Part shown: positions 54,487 to 64,000 of the stretch, one piece after another
How positions within the stretch are numbered: position 1 is the first letter of the stretch
Layout of the letters: each line of letters starts with the position of its first letter
Source of the DNA: Octopus vulgaris
Lineage: Eukaryota
Assembly (NCBI GenBank): GCA_951406725.2
Contig: OX597814.1
Coordinates: 32,984,001 to 33,048,000 of the forward strand
DNA: 64,000 nucleotides
Reading direction: 5' to 3'
Notes under the pieces: model-generated
The model's input: the letters and a program-made list of their open reading frames with translations, nothing else
Database searches by the model: none
What the model was told of the DNA's origin: nothing
Translations under genes and position numbers: made by a program

Positions 54487-54778
54487 ATCAAGGGTACAGG
54501 TAGCGATGGAATATTCAGCCACTTCCACGTTAATTAAGTTAGCCAGGCGAGTAATTAAACAAACTGCTGAATACTCAGGGTCAGAATTTCAATTATGTCT
54601 AAGCCAGTCTCAAATATACCTGGTGAAAAGGCATGTCTCTTCTTTAACATCCTGTAAAGAATGAGTGATTGGCTTGGAAAAAAAAACCTGTAATACATGA
54701 TGCCGCTTTTGAAAACCTGTTCTATGATATGAATATATTGAATATTCCTTTAGCTACACTAATATATTCCAAATTTCC

Positions 54779-54972
54779 ATGACATGTAATGCCTCTGTTG
54801 CTTTTTTGGAGAATAATTTTAAGCATTTGTTGAAGAAGCAGGAAGTTTCATTAAAGAGAACGACAGCAATTAGGCTTCTCTGGACACCGTTTGATGAATT
54901 GGTCAGCGTGTTCACCAGACTTAAACCCGATTGAAAATCTATGGAGTGTTCTGAAGAGGAAGATATAGATCA
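54779..54972 (+). repeat. 194-bp inverted duplicate of Tc1 transposase segment 55562-55755
   Basis: Near-exact reverse complement. Confidence 0.9.
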
Positions 54973-55079
54973 AGTAAGTGATGTGAGCCGTTTTCCATAA
55001 CATCACACGTTCACACATACACACTTGTACACACATGCACACACCTATGAATGTGCGTCTGTGTACATATTCATATATA

Positions 55080-56561
55080 CACTGCGTGTCAAATTATTGG
55101 ACATCTCAGTTTTTTCGCAAAAAAGAGTATTTATTTGTTCGAATCCAGATATTTTTCCACTGCATGACGATAACACCCATCTGCGTTTACTGTACCAAAA
55201 TAAACCTGATCCACCCATACGTAAAGAAACAACGGTCATTTTTGTTAATAGGTATCATTTTTACTGTCCTAAATTATTAAGTAGGTCTAATAAAATGCTA
55301 ATTATGCAAAAACAAACATTTCTTTAATATGACAATTAATTTTTAACAATAAATATAATCACAACCAACTTTATAATGAACATAATATGTTTGAATGGAA
55401 ATAATACAAGAAATATGAGATCATTAAGTTCTTAATGATGGATGTATGATACTCCACATGAGAAACGTCCCTGACGAGTTTATCCATTGAATTTGTCAAA
55501 GTAAGCAGCATCCGCAATAGCTTCCCGGAGCGCATCTTTCGTTGAACACTGCCGTCCATCCTGATATATATCTTCCTCTTCAGAACACTCCATAGATTTT
55601 CAATCGGGTTTAAGTCTGGTGAACACGCTGACCAATTCATCAAACGGTGTCCAGAGAAGCCTAATTGCTGTCGTTCTCTTTAATGAAACTTCCTGCTTCT
55701 TCAACAAATGCTTAAAATTATTCTCCAAAAAAGCAACAGAGGCATTACATGTCATCTTAATTCCGTTTGGAACTTTGCAAGGACCAATCAACTTGTCCCC
55801 AATGATGCCAGCCCAGACCATGATTCCGATTCCCCTTTGTTGGCGTCTCAAAGGATGAGGACGATTCTCGCTAATTGTAACCCATTCTTTACTCCACCCA
55901 TCTGGTTCGTCTAGGGTAGCACGGCATTCGTCAATAAAGAGTACTTTTGAAATATCTATCTTCATGTAGTCTTCTGCTCATTTGACTCTGTTTTGTTTAT
56001 GAACAGCCTTCAGAGGGGGGCTTGTAACAAGTTTTACGTTCTTTCTGCCTGCTTCAGGTTGCGACATCTAGTAGATTTCGAAATGTTTTCCTACCACAAC
56101 GTCTAAACACTTCTCAACTAATCAGACACGTATTCTTCGCAACCTCCCTCGTTGGAAACAGCCCTCGATTTATCCTTGTCAGCCCTCGAACAGACAGCAG
56201 AAAGCTCCACAAATTTCTTCAGAGTTCGATGATCTCTTTCCAGGATCTTTGATATTTCCAATGTCGGTTTTGTTTTGCCAAGAACTTAGACGATGGTGGA
56301 CTCCTCATTTGATGTTAAATCACGTTTTTGACTCATAATAACACTGTTACTGGGCACTTGCCTTATAATTAAGGAAGGTAAAATTGTTGATTCACGAAAA
56401 TGGCCGCCGTTTGTTTACAACGGCGCGGATCTAATTTATTTAGTTACAGTTATGCGCAGGCAGATGCTGCCATCATTCAGTGAAAAAAAATCAATCTGGA
56501 ATCATACGAATAAATACTTTATTTCGAAAAAAATAGCTGTCTAATAATTTGACATACAGTG
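55080..56561 (-). mobile_element. Defective Tc1-family transposon (TRT/DD37E-like) with long imperfect TIRs
   Basis: TIR CACTG.TGTCAAATTATT.GACA at both ends; VLFIDECRATLDEPDGW, RRQQRGIGIMVWAGI and SPDLNPIENLWSVLKR; second-Asp region missing. Confidence 0.88.
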
Positions 56562-56562
56562 C

Positions 56563-56599
<37 letters not shown>

Positions 56600-56642
56600 G
56601 ACAAATACATAGACAGACAGAGAATTAGACAGACAGGCAGAC

Positions 56643-56734
<92 letters not shown>

Positions 56735-56987
56735 CTTTTAACTTTTACTTACTTCACTCGTTAAACCGCGGCCATATTGAAGCAGAGGGCACTGATAGTG
56801 AGGCAAATAAATACGTTTGGGCTTGATAAATAAAATATACATACATACGTATATACATATATACGTACGTACCTACATGCATACGTACATATACACATAC
56901 ATACATATATGCATACATGCATACATACATACAGGCATGCATACATACACATACATGCATACATACATACATACATACATACATACA

Positions 56988-57019
<32 letters not shown>

Positions 57020-57525
57020 GATATAGATACATACATACATACATACATACATACATACATACATACATACATACATACATACATACATACATACATGCAT
57101 GCATGCATATATACATACATGATTACATACATACATACATGTAAATATATATATAGAGAGAAACAAAAGCTGAAATTATTCAGAGGTTGAACATTCTTGT
57201 ATAAGCATATACATATTCATATATTTAGAGAACAATTTTATATTGAGTAATAAAATACAGATGTTCGCAGATGGAATGTGGAAATTCTAAGGCTATGCAA
57301 CCAGTCGTGGATGCATACAAGCATTACTGTAAAGCCGGTCACCTCGTCTCCAGGGTGGAAAGATTGTCGTAGCGGAAACTGCCAGGATAATCTGGTGCTT
57401 GACTGAGGAAAGAAAAATTCGAATGACCCCCTCCTTGTTTTCTTTGTATTGTCTATCTGGATGTTTTGTTGTCCCCTTTTGTATCACCTAGCTGTCCAGA
57501 TATTTTGCGTTCTTGTCCCGTTTTT

Positions 57526-57566
<41 letters not shown>

Positions 57567-57996
57567 TAAAAGTACAAGAGTATATATAAGTTCCTATGTG
57601 CATTTCACTCTTATGGATGTTTGGAGTCAACGATAGATGTTCCAAATGCATATATAAATGGTTAGCAACATCGCATACTTTGGTATATAGTGATCCTTAA
57701 CCTGATACAATAAGGTGTTCCCTGAGCTGGCGTTATGGTTCACCATCTATACGCATTTGGAACATCGCAGAACTCCAAACAACCGTATTGACCGAACAGG
57801 CGGAGGAACTTTAATATAAGCATGTGTTTATTCTTATCTTCCTTAAATTTAATCTGTAGCTCATAACTCTTAATACTACTCAATTTCAAAGTTAACTAAA
57901 GGTTATACAGAAAGTAGACCGACTTATGAACATCGAGGTGGAGCTATAAACATGACAGCAATAGTTGTATATTTGATTGTATAGACGATTATTACA

Positions 57997-58031
<35 letters not shown>

Positions 58032-58073
58032 GCTTTATATAGCTTATACATAAATTGCCCATCTTCTATGTTC

Positions 58074-58130
<57 letters not shown>

Positions 58131-59029
58131 ATAATAATCATAATAATTATAATAATAATAATAACAGCAAAGAGTACTATAATGACAACTTTTTACTTTT
58201 TATTATAAATTATAACATATGTATATATATATAAATATAAAGACACAAACATACATACATATATATATATATAGAGAGAGAGAGATATGAATATATACAT
58301 ATATGTGTGTGTATGTGTGTGTGTGTGTAAATATGCATGTTTACACTTACACATACATGCATATATATGTGCATGTGTATGTGTCTGTCCGCGCGCGTGT
58401 GTGCATGACAACTGCCGCTAGGTCATACATAAATTTTCTGTCTTCTCTATCGTATATACTTATACGTATGTATGTATGTATGTATGAAAATGTATATATA
58501 TATATATATATATGATGTATGTATGTATACATGTAAGTACATATGTGAAAGGGATGGATGTATATTATATATATATATATATAAACTGACTGCCGATAGG
58601 ATTTTTCTTTTCTTTTTCCATCTCAAAGAGAACATTCATTAAATTAAGGAATTCACTGCGTACGGCAGTCAGTGCATCACACTTTAACTTAATTATCCAA
58701 ATTTACGCCATTGGCTTATTCCATTTTATTTATTTATATGTTTCGTGTTTTTAGTTATGCAAATTATTCAGGCCAAAAATATACATTACTCCTCCATGTA
58801 CTTAGAAGAAGAAAATAATATATCCGCTGACCTGAAAGCCCGATAAGACTTCATTGTGATGATGAGCTGCCATAGACCGAAACATATGTCCATAGTTGTT
58901 CATTGACTACACACAAATACCAGGTTATCCGTTCTCTGCGAATATGAATTAACTTGAGAAATTATCTTTATTTCCGCGGAATTATATCCACTTTTCTATG
59001 ATGCTCATTAAATTCTTCTATATTTTAAG

Positions 59030-59225
59030 TGTTTCAGTCACTGAACTGCGACCTTGCTGGGGCACCGTCTCGAAACGTTTACCCAATCAAATCGTCCGCC
59101 ATGCGTAGCGTATTTTAAGTCTGGTATTCATTTAACGATCTTTTTTTTGCCAAAACGCTACATTACAGGAACGTAAACAAACGAAAACTTTTTCTAAAGG
59201 AGTGGGGAACAAAGACACACAGGCA
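59030..59225 (-). mobile_element. Decayed family C SINE tail
   Basis: GTTTCAGTCACTGAACTGCG..GCTGGGGCACC. Confidence 0.6.
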
Positions 59226-59237
59226 CACACACAGAGG

Positions 59238-59268
<31 letters not shown>

Positions 59269-59386
59269 AGCTTCCCATGTGTCTGATTAATTTCCCTTCA
59301 ACTTTTTCCCTGAAGAAAACATTATTTCCACTCCTCACGGTAAGTTCACATAATTCTTTTTATCGTTACATATGTATGTATATGTG

Positions 59387-59522
<136 letters not shown>

Positions 59523-59835
59523 TGTTTATTTTTATGCTATAATTAAACCAGTTTTACATTAAATTGAAGGATTACTCATTACATTTGGAAGGATTCAAAT
59601 GTTCCAAATCTTTAACAAGATTAGTATTGACAGTGACTTTGAAGTATCGGCGAGTTAAGCTATCATGGGAGAATTCGATGACACTTTAACTGGCCGAAAT
59701 TTTGAAGTCGATACAATTGATCTTAAAGACACACACGCGTACATTTACAAAAAAGCACAATGTGACATTCACACACACACATACATGTGTATTTTTGTGT
59801 GTGAGAGCATGCGAATATATGTATGCATGAATGCA

Positions 59836-60415
59836 GGTAGGTAGGTAGGTAGGTAGGTAGGTAGGTAGGTAGGTAGGTAGGTAGTTAGGTAGGTAGGTAG
59901 GTAGGTAGGTAGGCAGGTAAGTAGGTAGGTAGGTAGGTAGGCAGGTAGGTAGTTAGGTAGGTAGGTAGGTAGGTAGGTAGGTAGACAGGTAGGTAGGTAG
60001 GTAGGCAGGTAGGTAGTTAGGTAGGTAGGTAGGTAGGTAAGTAGGCAGGTAAGTAGGTAGGTAGGTAGGTAGGTAGGTAGGTAGGTAGGTAGGTAGGTAG
60101 GTAGGTAGGTAGGTAGTTGGCAGGTAGGTAGGTAGGCAGGTAGGTAGGTAGGTATGTTGGTAGGTATTTAGGTAGGTAGGTAGGTAGGCAGATATGTAGG
60201 TAGGCAAGTAGAAAGGTAGGTAGGCAGGTAGGCAGGTAGGTAGGTAGGTAGGTAGGTAGGTAGGTAGGTAGGTAGGTAGGTAGGTAGGTAGGTAGGTAGG
60301 TAGGTAGGTAGGTAGGTAGGTAGGTAGGTAAGTAGGTAGGTAAGTAGGTAGGTAGGTATGTATGTAGGTTGGTAGGTTGGTAGGTAGGTAGGTAGGTATG
60401 TAGGGAGGTAGGTAT
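59836..60415. repeat. (GGTA)n tetranucleotide tract
   Basis: Direct inspection. Confidence 0.95.
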
Positions 60416-60679
60416 ATAAATATGTATGTACGGTACGTCATCGGAGTTTCAACTGATGAATCCAGAGTGTCTGAAAATATACCATTTTCTGATAGTGTAT
60501 TTGTGTGCGTATGTGTGTGTGTGCGCGCGTGTGTGTGTGTGTGTGCGTGTGTGTATGCATGTGTGTGTACATATGTATGTATGTATTTATGTGCGTGTGT
60601 ATATATGAATTTTTTTGAGGTGGTATGCAGATGTGTTTTATTAAGAAAAAGTAGGTAGTCAGAAATTTTGATAATTATT

Positions 60680-60722
60680 TATTAGCGCTTTCCTCTTATT
60701 CGCTTCGGAGACTCATCAGATA
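60680..60722 (-). ncRNA. Minimal type I hammerhead motif
   Basis: TAT-CTGATGA-GTCT..AGAG-GAAA-GCGC-TA-ATA; G.G mismatch at the base of stem II. Confidence 0.6.
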
Positions 60723-61031
60723 TGGTTTTTACAGAGAATGTTTTACCTTTTAAACAATGTAGAAGACAATTTCTTCTTTTCGTTATCTATGTTTTCGTAT
60801 ATATATATAAATATATATGTATATATATATATACGCGTGCGAACATATGTCTGCTTATTTATGTATGCGTGTGTATGTAAGTGCAAGCATATGTATATCG
60901 TAAATGTCTGGAGGCTCTGCCAGAGGGAGATAAAAGGGAAAAGAGGAAAGGAGAGAAAAGAAGTTAGAAGGACAAGAAGACAGAAAGGACAGGAAAGGAA
61001 CGGGAAAGAAAAACAGAAAGCAGCAATATAT

Positions 61032-61070
<39 letters not shown>

Positions 61071-61205
61071 ATGATAGACATAGAAACAAGGCAAATTATC
61101 TCTCCGTAGACTGAAAAAATGACACATGTATCAGCGGTGTCTACATCATTTGACCAATCCCAGACAAAAAATTAACTAACTGGCTACTGTTTTTTTTTCA
61201 TTTTA

Positions 61206-61312
61206 TACGTGGTGTGATCAATAAATATACGGATTTTTGCCATACTAAGGAAACTGAAGTATGCAGAGTAAAACCGCTTGGCACACATTGACCTTGAACT
61301 CTGCTGTGCATG
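61206..61312 (+). mobile_element. Probable mariner-like terminal fragment
   Basis: Begins TA-CGTGGTGTGATCAATAAATAT, resembling mariner termini; no partner TIR seen. Confidence 0.4.
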
Positions 61313-61576
61313 ATCAAATTTCGAAATTACGTGATAAGGTTTTATTAAACTGCTTCATTCTGTGAGTTTATCTCGCCAAAGAAAGATGTTGTGACTTGCT
61401 GCTCAGTCCCGAATATTCACGGTATATTTTAGCTCTCATTTCTAGCAATTGTAGGTACTATTTTGCGCACTCATTTATTAATTTTATCGTTTTAGTTTTA
61501 ATTGCTAGAGCAACCTATATTGTAATGTACTTAATATATATTAATATCTTAATATATTATTAGTATATCTTATTGT

Positions 61577-61876
61577 GGAGGTGCAATGGCCCAGTGGTTA
61601 GGGCAGCGGTTTCGCGGTCGTAGGATCGCGGTTTCGATTCCCAGACCGGGCGTTGTGAGTGTTTATTGAACGAAAACACCTAATTCTCCACGAGGTTCCG
61701 GCAGGAGGTGGTGGCGATCCCTGCTGTACTCTTTCGCCACAACTTTCTCTCACTCTTTCTTCTGTTGGCTTGCTCGCTTAGCCAGTGGGGTGGCGTCATT
61801 TGAAGGCTAAAACAATGCGAAGCGCATTGTGACCAGCGATGTGTAACAACATCTGATAGCCTGGTCGGTCACGGTG
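61577..61876 (+). mobile_element. SINE with a family D head and a distinct tail, 12-bp TSD
   Basis: ATATCTTATTGT at 61565-61576 and 61877-61888. Confidence 0.9.
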
Positions 61877-61998
61877 ATATCTTATTGTATGATACTATAC
61901 ATTTTAATCGTTTTGAATGGTCTCGCTCCATTTTCAAAGATTTTTCTCATGAATGAATGGGGTGCAGGCTATTTCGTTTTAACCTAGAGTAATTGTGG

Positions 61999-62058
61999 AA
62001 ACCTCTGACGAGAATCAACATCCTATTAATCAAATTTCGAAATTACGTGATAATGTTT
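61999..62058 (+). ncRNA. Type I hammerhead motif
   Basis: AAACCT-CTGACGA-GAA..TTC-GAAA-TTACGTGA-TA-ATGTTT (AGGTTT in the upstream half copy). Confidence 0.7.
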
Positions 62059-62223
62059 TATCAAACTACTTCATTCTTTGGTTTTATCTCGCCGAAGAAA
62101 GATTTTGTGGCTTACTGGTCGTAGTCCTGAATATTTCATGAGACTAATGATTTGGTGTGGCTGTTCGAATTATATTTTAGCTCCCATTTCTAGGAATTGT
62201 AGGTGCTATTTTGCACACTCATT

Positions 62224-62269
<46 letters not shown>

Positions 62270-62549
62270 TTGATAAAGAGGAGGAGGGTGGAGATTTATA
62301 CAAATTGGCGAAACCATACGGTATCCGCCAGGATAATTTATACCATTCAGATGTGTGTGTGTGTGTGTGTGAATTTTTTTATGTGAATTTGTGTGTTGAA
62401 TCATATTTTATTGTGTTGGCGATAGTCATTCACTTTTAATGCCTTATTATTTAACACACTCACCGGTTCGATTTCCACTCATTTATATTTTCTAAAATTT
62501 TCGTTGCGTCTTGCAACCTCACAATAATGTGTGTGTGTGTGTGAATGTA

Positions 62550-62590
<41 letters not shown>

Positions 62591-62599
62591 TCATACATA

Positions 62600-62768
62600 C
62601 ATGGGTGCAAGGTGGAGTAGTTATATGGTTGGAAGTTTGTATCCTGTTCGGCTTCTGGTTCAGTCGTACTGTGAGTGAATGTGGTAAACGGAAACTGAAA
62701 GAAGCCTGTCGTATGCACACGCACATGCATATATATACATACATATTTACATACACACACACAATCAT

Positions 62769-62861
<93 letters not shown>

Positions 62862-63010
62862 TGTATCTCAGTATGTCTGTTTGTGTTTGTCCCTAGACAC
62901 TGGGCGTTGGTTTGTTTACGTCTCCGTAACGTAGCTGTTTGGCTATGTTACTACGCTCAAACTAATAGCTGTTCGACTAAAACACTCTAGGTAGCACACC
63001 AGTCCAATAT
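62600..63010 (+). mobile_element. Decayed family C SINE with expanded internal microsatellite
   Basis: GGTAAACGGAAACTGAAAGAAGCCTGTCGTAT and GTTTACGTCTCCGTAAC. Confidence 0.7.
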
Positions 63011-63279
63011 CAGAAGCAAATGTATGTAAGTACTCAGATACTGAGATTCTTAGATAAGTATCTCGGTATGGTCCCCATGTCTAACTGAATAACATTAATA
63101 GACACTTAAAGATTTTTCTTATTAGTCATTCTTTGGGTCCCATAAACCATTCGAGTAAAGATTTTATTTGCAGAGATATATCTGCGTGTAGGTGGTATAA
63201 CTCAAATTTGTTGGCGATGTTCGTCTAGGACCCGTTTGGATGTTAAGATCTTTTTTATTCTCTTATGTGCTTTGGCAGA

Positions 63280-63612
63280 ATATTAAAGTGAGTAAGGTAG
63301 CTTAAGGTGACATAATTCTGTCTTAATGTTGTGATGAAATACGAGCATGACTTTTGTAGATGACGGATGGACCAAGCCTTGGGTGAATTTTAAAGCTAAT
63401 GGCGAAATCATTTGGGAATTTTTGTTGGAATACTTTCCACAACATACAAATGATATAGAACTCACAGTGGCTTTGGAGGGAATAAAGTCTGGACTCCTCG
63501 AGACGATTTTGATAATCAAGACCTCTCATGTCGTCTGTTTTCCTTGTGTTCGATCTTTCGGCTACTTCAATTTTTACAATATTTTGTTCCGTGTAAGGAA
63601 GACCACAGCGAA
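63280..63612 (-). pseudogene. CR1-group LINE 3' coding fragment
   Basis: MRGLDYQNRLEESRLYSLQ..YIICMLWKVFQQKFPND..HPRLG. Confidence 0.75.
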
Positions 63613-63661
63613 CAACAGGATATAGATAGATAGATAGATAGATAGATGTACATGTATGTAT

Positions 63662-63758
<97 letters not shown>

Positions 63759-64000
63759 CATATATTCGTATACATATGTGTGTGCATATGTATGTATGTA
63801 TGTATGTATGTATGCATGTATGTATGTATGTGTAAATACACACAAGGACTCACACACACATAGTAATAGATAAAAATGCGTCAAATGACAAAGATGAGAA
63901 AGTACATACCATAAGTGCTCAGAGCAAACCAAGTGAGTAAACTCTGACACTAAGTGCAGCGATGCAAAATCTAAAGAAATAAGATTTGACGTTAAACAAT

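Larger units (their letters stand above)
61313..62228 (+). mobile_element. Older HHR-bearing tandem element (~400-bp period after removing the SINE)
   Basis: 61313-61480 is repeated at 62029-62228; hammerhead at 61999-62058; ends at (TA)n. Confidence 0.7.

Noticed and set aside
62490-62525. GTTGC-AAGAC-GCAAC-GAAAATTTTA half hammerhead on the minus strand
   Set aside because: 5' core absent; too incomplete to call.

Overview
Repeat-dense, AT-rich animal genomic DNA, most likely an octopus or other coleoid cephalopod (inferred from the SINE families and microsatellite load). I found no supportable host protein-coding gene; nearly all listed ORFs are microsatellite read-throughs. The window holds tRNA-derived SINEs (many with target-site duplications) and two decayed Penelope-like elements (PLEs) with GIY-YIG endonuclease. 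It also holds Tx1/L1, R4/Dong-type, CR1 and RTE LINE fragments, Tc1/mariner relics, and an 8-bp-TSD MITE. The main hidden signal is a dense set of type I hammerhead ribozyme (HHR) motifs: about 9 near-intact and several decayed. Most sit near the 3' end of a small element that abuts a (TA)n tract. The best case is a near-identical 494-nt tandem unit (22864-23857) with a canonical HHR in each copy, which is the architecture of a retrozyme able to release a circularisable monomer. All structures were paired by eye; no folding or database search was run.
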